Part shown: positions 7,253 to 14,853 of the stretch, piece after piece
How the letters are laid out: each line of letters begins with the position of its first letter
Position numbering within the stretch: position 1 is the stretch's first letter
Assembly: GCA_019057375.1 (NCBI GenBank)
Contig: DXJF01000079.1
Span: 1-19,265, forward strand
DNA: 19,265 nt
Direction of reading: 5' to 3'
Origin: Candidatus Heimdallarchaeota archaeon
GTDB taxonomy: Archaea > Asgardarchaeota > Heimdallarchaeia > Heimdallarchaeales > Heimdallarchaeaceae
Made by a program: the position numbers and the translations under genes
Notes under the pieces: model-generated
Told to the model about the DNA's origin: nothing
The model's database searches: none
The model's input: the letters and a program-made list of their open reading frames with translations, nothing else

Positions 7253-7975
7253 ATGATAACTCTGGCAATATTCTCAGATGTACATTCTAACTTAGAAGCT
7301 CTTAACATTGTTACAGACCACATCAAAGACTCATCCCCTGATATTATTATCTACCTTGGGGACACTGTAGGTTATGGTCCCAATCCAAAAGAATGTATAG
7401 AAATTGTGGAAAACTTGGCTCAAATCCATGTTGTTGGAAATCATGATTATGCCATCTGGAAGGATAATTTCAAATATTTCAACCCGTTACCAAAAATATC
7501 TCTTTCGTGGACCAAAAATCTACTTTCTGATAGGGAAAAACAACTCCTAGGGTCCCACCCATTCTTTTCCATTTTTCCTCTTTTTATCTCTGAAGGAAAT
7601 GCAATGTTTGTACATGGGTCTCCGAGAAGACCTTTACGAGACTATGTTTCTCCAGATTTACCGTCATGGTCATATAACATGTTTTTTGAGATTACGAGAG
7701 AGTTTACTGAAATAGATTTTCTATTTTTAGGTCATACTCACAAACCTTTACATATTGTCAACGAAGGAAAACATCTCTTGAATCCAGGATCAGTGGGACA
7801 ACCAAGAGATAATGACCCCAGAGCATCATATTTGACATTTAGAATTGATGAAGAAACTAAGGGGTTCGAATATGAACACATAAGACTTGAATATGATGTT
7901 GAACTTACTTGTAACAAGATGGAAGAGTTAGGGTTTCATCATTTTCTAATAAACCGTCTTAAAAAAGGAATATAG
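7253..7975 (+). CDS. Metallophosphoesterase (calcineurin-like, YfcE/MJ0912-type)
   Basis: SDVHSN, GDTVGYG, GNHD, VHGSP, GHTH, NPGSVGQPRD. Confidence 0.93.
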   Translation: MITLAIFSDVHSNLEALNIVTDHIKDSSPDIIIYLGDTVGYGPNPKECIEIVENLAQIHVVGNHDYAIWKDNFKYFNPLPKISLSWTKNLLSDREKQLLGSHPFFSIFPLFISEGNAMFVHGSPRRPLRDYVSPDLPSWSYNMFFEITREFTEIDFLFLGHTHKPLHIVNEGKHLLNPGSVGQPRDNDPRASYLTFRIDEETKGFEYEHIRLEYDVELTCNKMEELGFHHFLINRLKKGI

Positions 7976-7977
7976 TT

Positions 7978-9132
7978 CTATTCAGAATTTTCTAAAGATA
8001 GTTCTTTTTCCTCACCAATCGTTTCTATCTTTTTCTCTTTTAGGAAAATGGAAGATAAAGCAGCAATTGAAAGTGTGAGACCTGTGCCTATTAGAGTTTG
8101 AAATATTATTGTTGCACCTGCAACTACTGAAGATATATTTAATCCCTTAAAGAGGGTTTGAGTAGTTAAAGTTCCTGTTCCTAAACCAGCTGGTACGAAA
8201 GTTAATAGTCCAACAAGCAGGGTAATTGAAGTAACTGAAGCTGCATTTACTAATGAAATATTTCCTCCAAATGCCATTAGTGTGAATTTTAGTGAATAAA
8301 ATTCTAATATCCAACGAAATACAGTTGTAACAACAACCATAGTAGCAATCATTTTTTTTGTGTAAAGGATTTTAAGTGAGTTATAATAATCATCTAAAGC
8401 CGTAACAATTTTATTTTCCAACCAAGTTTTACCTTTTGTTGAAATTTTTCCTGTAATTTTAACTATTATTCCGAGAACTAATCTTCCAACAGGAGGAAAG
8501 AAAAGTATGAATGTTAGAATTACTGTACCAACAATTGCAATATAAAAGACAATCTGGATTGCTAATTGAATATTTTCAGTTAATCCAGATGACAAGAATT
8601 CCCAAATAGATATTTTCTGTTTTATGTAGTAAAATGATGATTGTACCTGAAGGAGTGCACTCTTTTGTTCGATATAATTAATAATCTCAGGAACAGTTGT
8701 TCCAAGTGCTATAATAAAGAAAACAAGTACTACAAACATGTCTACTATTCTAAAAAAAGCAAGTGCTGCAAGAGAGGAGGAGCGAGAAACATCTAATGAA
8801 CGTTTGTTTATCTCAACACTTGCAATTTCTCCTGTTTTAAAAGGTCCAAGAACACTAAAACCATACCCAACGAAATATGGAATGAGAAACTTAATGAATT
8901 TAAGATCAGGAGATGAAGGTTTGATTAGGATATAGAAACGATATGCTTTAACTATTGTACTGATAATCATAAAGAGCAGAGCAAGTATAAGGAGATAAAG
9001 GACAGCAGTTTTGTAAAGACTAAATGAACCCTTAATATCTAAAGTAAGGAAAAAATACAATAAAGTTCCAACCATTATTGCAATTACTAGGAAACGAAAA
9101 ATATACTTACGTATTGATGTCTTCAATTTCAT
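7978..9132 (-). CDS. Lysylphosphatidylglycerol synthase TM region / UPF0104 flippase-like membrane protein
   Basis: Multi-pass hydrophobic protein with family-like motifs KAYRF..L, P.KTGE, FRIVD and P.GLGT. Confidence 0.85.
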   Translation of the reverse strand: MKLKTSIRKYIFRFLVIAIMVGTLLYFFLTLDIKGSFSLYKTAVLYLLILALLFMIISTIVKAYRFYILIKPSSPDLKFIKFLIPYFVGYGFSVLGPFKTGEIASVEINKRSLDVSRSSSLAALAFFRIVDMFVVLVFFIIALGTTVPEIINYIEQKSALLQVQSSFYYIKQKISIWEFLSSGLTENIQLAIQIVFYIAIVGTVILTFILFFPPVGRLVLGIIVKITGKISTKGKTWLENKIVTALDDYYNSLKILYTKKMIATMVVVTTVFRWILEFYSLKFTLMAFGGNISLVNAASVTSITLLVGLLTFVPAGLGTGTLTTQTLFKGLNISSVVAGATIIFQTLIGTGLTLSIAALSSIFLKEKKIETIGEEKELSLENSE

Positions 9133-9222
9133 CAGTGAATCCCTGCTGGGAGTACAAAATAAAAATTAAGCCTAGAATTCATTTCGGAAGATAAAGAGAA
9201 AGAAAATAGAACAGAGAAGGTT

Positions 9223-9387
9223 TTATACAGCCTCTGCGCCGCCTTCATCGGACCATTCGTATGTGCATTCTTTGCAGACATTTTTCTTTTTATAGATTGG
9301 TTGATGATTGAAAAACGCAATTGCTTTAGACTTATCCTCTACACTTTTTAAATTCCTACTGTGACATTTGGGGCACTCTTTAGCCAT
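9223..9387 (-). CDS. Small (54 aa) zinc-ribbon protein, below ORF-track cutoff
   Basis: MAKECPKCHSRNLKSVEDKSKAIAFFNHQPIYKKKNVCKECTYEWSDEGGAEAV*. CPKC + CKEC; AGGTGA RBS 9 nt upstream; T-rich tract downstream on the coding strand. Confidence 0.85.
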   Translation of the reverse strand: MAKECPKCHSRNLKSVEDKSKAIAFFNHQPIYKKKNVCKECTYEWSDEGGAEAV

Positions 9388-9396
9388 TTCTTTTTT

Positions 9397-9402
9397 TCAC
9401 CT
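9397..9402 (-). promoter_or_regulatory. Shine-Dalgarno site AGGTGA for the small zinc-ribbon gene
   Basis: Complementary to the 16S rRNA 3' end, 9 nt before ATG 9387. Confidence 0.7.
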
Positions 9403-9674
9403 TTAGAATATTGTTTCTTGTGGTTTCATTAAGAGGTTTACATTTAAAAAATTTGTGTAAGAATCAATATAAAACAAGAGAAAAGATTATTTTTTGCAAA
9501 TAAAACTGAAGAAAAAGCAGATATGCGGGTTTTTATCATCATCTAGAAACAAATAATGCAAAAAAGTTTAGTAATATCCGTAAAATTATGCATCTTAATT
9601 CACCTTATTAATAATAGATTTAATGAAATACGATATATAAAAATTATTAAGAATAGTCATTTTAATTTTAAACT

Positions 9675-11297
9675 ATGGGAACATTAGGTGACCTATACGA
9701 AAAATTCGTTAGAGATGAATCTAATTTATCTGACATCAATTATTTCTATGGAAATGTACCTAAAACAATAGCAGATGCAATCCGATTAGCTAAAGAATCA
9801 TCTGAAATTAAGATCGATTCCAACAGAATGGATGAATTAAAGCGATTTCTTAAGAAATATCACAAAGATTTAGGTTTACTAACTGAGAAAGTTAGTCACA
9901 ATATAGATTTGATTCATCAAGGAATAGTTTTAGGAGGACAACAAGCTACTATTTTTGGAGGTTCAGGAATTATTGGAAATAAAATAGCGACAGTCACTAC
10001 AATTTCAGACATTAGTAAAGAAAAAGGTCATTATCTAGTTCCTATGTTTCTGGTTAATACTCATGATAGCATTCAACCAGAAATTTCAACTATTCATCTT
10101 CCCAATAATCAATCATCAATAAGTAAATCAATTTTCTTACCTAATGCAATAGATGGACTAGTTTCAAGCCAAATCTTAGCTAACCAGTATGAATGGATGG
10201 AAGAGAGTCTTTCAATAGTAAAGAACATATTCAATGAATTTAGAACCTCAATAGAAAAAGACTCTCATAAAATATTCACAGAAAAAGTTGACCATATTCT
10301 CACTTTTATTAGAGAGACGTATAGGACTTCGACAGACATAGGTGAGTGGATTACTCTATTATGGGGGATCCAAGCGAATATAATTAATGATTGGGGTGTC
10401 ATTTTCTTTCCTTCCTCTCATCCTGAAATCAGGAAGTTAACAGCAGATGGTTACAAACCTTTTCTTGAAAATAGATTGGAATATATTAAGGAATTCAATG
10501 AAGCATCAAAGAAAATAGAGGAATTAGGATATAAAAGTACTACAGCAAAAAAAGCAGAAACCTTTTCTCCTTTCTTCTATGAATGTCCAAATGATGGCTA
10601 CAGACTTAAGCTTTCATGTAAAGAAGAAAATGGTGTGTTATCATTCAGTGGGGAATGTCCTCTAGACGAGGAAGAATATTCATTTGATATTGATAAGAAT
10701 AACATTGATCTTTCTTCTCTTTCTTTAAATCTAGTTCCTAGATTAGATACTAACCAAGCTCTCCTTCAATCTATAATGCCAGTTTATATCAGGGTTTCAG
10801 GACCAGGAGAAATCAATTATAATGCTCAAGTAATTCCAGCAACAAGAAAGATTGGTCTGCAATTCCCTATTTTTGTGAAATATACAAGAATATTATATAA
10901 TACTCCTTGGATTGAAAATCTTAATCATGAGATAAAAGATGAATCAATTTCTCTATTTTCAGGAGATTTTTTTAAAACACTTGGAAATTTATCTAAAGCT
11001 CGAAGAAAAGGAGAAAAAGAACAACTAGCTTTTGAATCAGAACATCTAGCTGATATTATAAAAACAAAGATGTCTGAAGTAATAAAACACTCAGATAAAC
11101 CAAACAGTATAATAGAAAGATACAAATCTTGGCAATTTGGTATGTATGATGAATTTCATAAGTGGCAAGAAGTAAGCTGGCCTTGGTTCATCATGGCAAG
11201 TGTAACAGGATTAGGAGATTACCTAGCCTCATATAGACGTTATTATAGCGAAAGTACACCTATAGGAGGAATAGGTTATATTAATGCTAGATTATAG
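9675..11297 (+). CDS. bshC: Bacillithiol biosynthesis cysteine-adding enzyme BshC-like protein (divergent)
   Basis: 540 aa (BshC-sized). GGQQATIFGG (cf. TGQQAGLFTG), VPMFLVNTHD (cf. VPVFW...EDHD), QSIMP...SGPGEINYNAQ (cf. Q..LP...GGPGEIAYWAQ). Adjacent to bshA. Confidence 0.8.
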   Translation: MGTLGDLYEKFVRDESNLSDINYFYGNVPKTIADAIRLAKESSEIKIDSNRMDELKRFLKKYHKDLGLLTEKVSHNIDLIHQGIVLGGQQATIFGGSGIIGNKIATVTTISDISKEKGHYLVPMFLVNTHDSIQPEISTIHLPNNQSSISKSIFLPNAIDGLVSSQILANQYEWMEESLSIVKNIFNEFRTSIEKDSHKIFTEKVDHILTFIRETYRTSTDIGEWITLLWGIQANIINDWGVIFFPSSHPEIRKLTADGYKPFLENRLEYIKEFNEASKKIEELGYKSTTAKKAETFSPFFYECPNDGYRLKLSCKEENGVLSFSGECPLDEEEYSFDIDKNNIDLSSLSLNLVPRLDTNQALLQSIMPVYIRVSGPGEINYNAQVIPATRKIGLQFPIFVKYTRILYNTPWIENLNHEIKDESISLFSGDFFKTLGNLSKARRKGEKEQLAFESEHLADIIKTKMSEVIKHSDKPNSIIERYKSWQFGMYDEFHKWQEVSWPWFIMASVTGLGDYLASYRRYYSESTPIGGIGYINARL

Positions 11298-12413
11298 ATT
11301 TTCCAGAACTTTAGTATACCACTTAACGTACTTATCAGCAATTTTTCCAGATTCAAATTGATCAATGACCTTTTGTCTCCCTTTTGCACCCATCTGTCTT
11401 ACTCGTTGAGGATCCTCTAATAATTCAATCATATATTTTACTAATGATTCTCTGTTTCCAAGCTCATAGACATAGCCATTTACTTCGTGGTCAATTACCT
11501 CAGGAATCCCTCCAACTTTAGGGGCTATTACAGGAATTTCACATGACATAGATTCAGCGATAGTTAACCCGAAGCTTTCGTTTGTACTTGCTGATAATAG
11601 AGCTGAAGCGCAGTTATAAATTGGAGTGATTGAAACCCTAACTCCTTGGAAGGAAACATTATCCCTTATCCCCAACTGATTAGCTATTTCCTCACATTTC
11701 TTTCTTTCAGGTCCTTCTCCCACCATTATTAATCCTGTGTCTGGATGTTCTTTAACAACTTCAGCGAAAGCTTCTACAATAAATGGGGCATTTTTAACGG
11801 GTCTGAAATTTGAAACGTGTACAAAGTTTTTCTCATGTTGAATTCTAAAGTCGCATAGCTTAGTATCTATTCTCTTATATTTTTCAATGTCAATGGGATT
11901 GTATAAAACTTCAATGTCTCTATTGTGAGAAAATTTTTCTTCCATCTCCCTTTTCATATATTCTGAAACAGTAGATAAACCATCAATATTATCAAAAACA
12001 TGAGAAATCACCGGATTATAAGCAGGATCTACTCCCAAAGTATGAATATCGGAGCCATGAGCCGTAATTGCGACAGGAATACCAGAAATCTGCTTTGCTA
12101 GATATGCTGAAACTCCAGTAGGAATAGCATAATGAATGTGTAGCAAATCTAGATCAGATTTTTCTGCTATTTGAGCAAGTTTTGATCCAGCTAATATTGT
12201 ATATGGAGCTCCTATATCTTTGAACAGGGGGTATGATATAATATCTACAAGGTCAAGTGTTATATTGGGATGTCTATAAGTTCTTAGTAAGAATGGTGTA
12301 TCATAACTTATCAAATGTATATCATGACCTTTTTTCGCTAACTCAATTGCTAATTGTGTAGCAACAATACCAGATCCTCCTACAGTTGGGAAACAGTTAA
12401 TACCTATTTTCAT
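11292..12413 (-). CDS. bshA: N-acetyl-alpha-D-glucosaminyl L-malate synthase BshA (GT4 family)
   Basis: MKIGINCFPTVGGSGIVATQLA, LHIHYAIP, TAHGSDI, HVSNFRPVKN, ESFGL: hallmark BshA motifs. ATG 12413 preferred over GTG 12434. Confidence 0.92.
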   Translation of the reverse strand: MKIGINCFPTVGGSGIVATQLAIELAKKGHDIHLISYDTPFLLRTYRHPNITLDLVDIISYPLFKDIGAPYTILAGSKLAQIAEKSDLDLLHIHYAIPTGVSAYLAKQISGIPVAITAHGSDIHTLGVDPAYNPVISHVFDNIDGLSTVSEYMKREMEEKFSHNRDIEVLYNPIDIEKYKRIDTKLCDFRIQHEKNFVHVSNFRPVKNAPFIVEAFAEVVKEHPDTGLIMVGEGPERKKCEEIANQLGIRDNVSFQGVRVSITPIYNCASALLSASTNESFGLTIAESMSCEIPVIAPKVGGIPEVIDHEVNGYVYELGNRESLVKYMIELLEDPQRVRQMGAKGRQKVIDQFESGKIADKYVKWYTKVLENL

Positions 12414-12483
12414 AACACTTTTCAATGAAATCACTTATTATAAAAAATTTTGTAACTGAACACTTTCTACTAAACTAAAATAA

Positions 12484-13023
12484 TCATTCAGGATATAATT
12501 TGTTCATTATTTTTCTTTGTGTTTCAATAATTTCACCGCTATTACTAGATTTGGCGTAACTTTCAAGATAGGTTCTGTTAATCTTATAGAATTCTTTTCC
12601 CCACCCTACAAGAGATAATATAGCCAAACTTTGTTCTTTAGCTCCCAAAATAAACAGAGCTGCAGCTAAGGCTTCTAAAGTACTTAATTTAGAAGGAACA
12701 CCATAGTTGTTTGGATTAGTTGCAATAAGAAAAGGTAAAGCTCTTCCAGTTCCTTTCTCAAGAGCTTTGCTCCCGCTTTTTATGTCGTTCCATGAGCAAT
12801 CAACACCCACAACACCGTTTTTCTTAGCCAAATCCAAATCAGCAGGAGAAAGAGCATATTCAGCAAATGGAGTTAATACAATAAGCTTAGAATGAATTTT
12901 TCCAACGGAAATGGGTTCAGCTTTCTTGAATTTAAGCACTCTAATAGCAGTACACATTTTTGGGTTACAAGTTTTGAAATTACTAATATAAACAGGAATT
13001 TGAACAGCGGGATGTTTTTTCAT
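12484..13023 (-). CDS. tsr3: 16S/18S rRNA aminocarboxypropyltransferase Tsr3 (DUF367)
   Basis: CNPKMCT, LSPAD, VDCSW, RALPFLIATNPNNYG..SKLSTLEALAAAL. ATG 13023 (GTG 13032 possible). Confidence 0.95.
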   Translation of the reverse strand: MKKHPAVQIPVYISNFKTCNPKMCTAIRVLKFKKAEPISVGKIHSKLIVLTPFAEYALSPADLDLAKKNGVVGVDCSWNDIKSGSKALEKGTGRALPFLIATNPNNYGVPSKLSTLEALAAALFILGAKEQSLAILSLVGWGKEFYKINRTYLESYAKSSNSGEIIETQRKIMNKLYPE

Positions 13024-13059
13024 TTCAACCACATTATAAGGTGGAATTTAAGAGAAGAT

Positions 13060-13136
13060 TGGCGATCCCGACGCGATTCGAACGCGCGACCATTTGCTTA
13101 GGAGGCAAACGCTCTATCCAACTGAGCTACGGGATC
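13060..13136 (-). tRNA. tRNA-Arg(CCT), intronless, encoded CCA
   Basis: GATCCCG/CGGGATC acceptor, GCTC/GAGC D-stem, TTTGC-CTCCTAA-GCAAA anticodon arm, GCGCG-TTCGAAT-CGCGT T-arm, G73-CCA; 77 nt. Confidence 0.97.
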
Positions 13137-13255
13137 AAATTGTTTCTTGATTAAACCTTCTTTTTATTGTTTTTATTGATAATAGAAATAAAAATCCTAT
13201 CTTTATGAACAAAAAAATTACTTCAAAAGAAGAATTCATAGAAAATCTTTTTTCA

Positions 13256-13960
13256 TTATGTAGCAAAAGGATCATATTCTTCTACTTGCTTTTTAAGTTC
13301 CTCTATTTTCTTTGTGATAGTTTGGATATCTTCTTTCAATTTTAATTCCTTAAACATTTCAAGGGCATCTTCATAAGATCTGAGCGCAACTTGAATTCCT
13401 TCAGGTGTCTTCTTCTTTAATTCCTTTTCTGAGTTTGAAACATACATATTAGCAATTCTTATCATCAGATCTTTTTTTGCTTTGGTATTTTCTAACTTTA
13501 TAGTAACTTCTAAAGCATTTCTCAGAAATTGAACTTTCTTGTTCGAATCTTTTTCTTTTTCTGCAAGTTCGGTATAGATATCAATACTTTCCTGAAATCT
13601 TTCTTTTGCTAATTTTACATCTCTTCCTAACAGGCAATCTCCAACAATTTCTAGAGCTTTAGCTTTTTCATCTAATTTTTTTAGTTTGGAGAGATTAGAT
13701 TCTATTATTTGAATACCAAAATTACATGCCATATTCCCTATATCTCTGAAAATAACTGCCCTGTTCATAGTATTCTTACCTTTTTTCCAACAATCAGCGG
13801 CTCTATACGCAAAATAAATAGCTTCTTCGAGCTCATCATTTTGAATAGCTAAAGTGATGAGATGCTCAAATGTTCGAGCAGCGTCCTTGAAACGATTTGC
13901 TTTATAATTGGCATTGGCTTCTTCTATTAGAATGTTCATTTTTATATCTGGGTCTGACAT
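13256..13960 (-). CDS. All-helical TPR protein, alpha-SNAP (NSF attachment protein)-like
   Basis: Repeated helical pairs. EEAIYFAYRAADCWKKGKN and EKAKALEIVGDCLLGRDVKLAKERFQESIDIYTEL resemble alpha-SNAP segments as I recall them. Confidence 0.55.
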   Translation of the reverse strand: MSDPDIKMNILIEEANANYKANRFKDAARTFEHLITLAIQNDELEEAIYFAYRAADCWKKGKNTMNRAVIFRDIGNMACNFGIQIIESNLSKLKKLDEKAKALEIVGDCLLGRDVKLAKERFQESIDIYTELAEKEKDSNKKVQFLRNALEVTIKLENTKAKKDLMIRIANMYVSNSEKELKKKTPEGIQVALRSYEDALEMFKELKLKEDIQTITKKIEELKKQVEEYDPFAT

Positions 13961-14102
13961 GTATCTCTAAAACTATTTTGCGAATCTAATTCTTATTTCT
14001 TTTGGAAGTTATCAATATGAATTAGATTATTGTTTTTCTGTAACCGATTGGTTTTTTAACAAAAATCACATTGATAAAATACTAGAATGGCAAGTGTTTA
14101 AA

Positions 14103-14516
14103 ATGCAAGTCTTCACAAAAATAATTCATTTTCAAACAGAAGGAGAAATTGATATCGTAGATCTAACTCAAGATTTTGAAGCTATATTAGCAGAATCAAC
14201 AATAAAAAATGGAATTCTAAGTGCCAATGTCATAGGATCTACTGGTGCTTTAACAGCAATAGAGTATGAAAGAGGAGTTTTAGATGATTTTAAGCAGATT
14301 CTACAGAAATTAGTACCAAAGGGAGCTGGGTATAGACATGATTTCATTGACTCAAATGCTCATTCTCATCTCCGAGCTTCATTAATAGGTCCGAGCATCT
14401 CATTCTCAATACAAGAAAGGAAATTACAACTAGGAACATGGCAACAACCTGTCTTTATATGTCTAGATATTAGACCTCGTTCTAGAAAAGTTGCAGTTAC
14501 AGTAGTTGGAGTTTAG
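14103..14516 (+). CDS. yjbQ: YjbQ/UPF0047 family (secondary thiamine-phosphate synthase-like) protein
   Basis: GSTGALTAIEYE, HD..DSNAHSHLRASLIGPS, LGTWQQ. ATG 14103 (GTG 14094 possible). Confidence 0.93.
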   Translation: MQVFTKIIHFQTEGEIDIVDLTQDFEAILAESTIKNGILSANVIGSTGALTAIEYERGVLDDFKQILQKLVPKGAGYRHDFIDSNAHSHLRASLIGPSISFSIQERKLQLGTWQQPVFICLDIRPRSRKVAVTVVGV

Positions 14517-14520
14517 AATT

Positions 14521-14769
14521 ATGAAAGCAGAATATTACGTTGTAAGATGTAGTAATTTATCTTGCGGAAAATTCAGCTATTGCAAAGCAATTCAAAAGAC
14601 TAAGATGTGTCCTTACTGTGAACGCAGAATAAATCTTAGTAAAGTTGAGAAAATAGCAGTTGAAACTAATTCTCAAGCTAGAAAACTTGTACAAGAATTT
14701 AACAAAAAGCTTGGAGAATTAAGAGAACCAAGTTGGTATAAGGAAAACAAAGGAAAACAGACTCAATAA
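14521..14769 (+). CDS. DUF1922-like zinc-ribbon protein
   Basis: YYVVRC..LSCGKFSYC...QKTKMCPYCERRINL. ATG 14521 lies 4 nt after the yjbQ stop. Confidence 0.7.
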   Translation: MKAEYYVVRCSNLSCGKFSYCKAIQKTKMCPYCERRINLSKVEKIAVETNSQARKLVQEFNKKLGELREPSWYKENKGKQTQ

Positions 14770-14853
14770 GCAAAGAGGAAATTGGGATTTTTTTCCTTTA
14801 AAAATGCTAAAGAGAGTTACAAAACGTTTTTTTACTATTTACCGAAAAGATAA

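Noticed and set aside
9132-9320. 62-aa minus-strand ORF (MRFSIINQ...)
   Set aside because: Overlaps in another frame the 54-aa zinc-ribbon gene, which has an RBS and Cys motifs, and runs through its T-rich terminator region.
9388-9674. 287-bp intergenic region as an ncRNA, small ORF or replication origin
   Set aside because: Very AT-rich with no stable GC stems or ORB-like repeats. The only short ORFs lack an RBS or motifs. Explained by divergent promoters.
3520-13136. Integrated element between the two tRNA genes
   Set aside because: No integrase or transposase, no duplicated tRNA 3' end (att site), and the content is housekeeping-like.
13983-14028. 10-bp inverted repeat AATCTAATTC...GAATTAGATT (26-nt spacer) in the divergent promoter region
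   Set aside because: Plausibly chance in very AT-rich intergenic DNA; no second copy seen.
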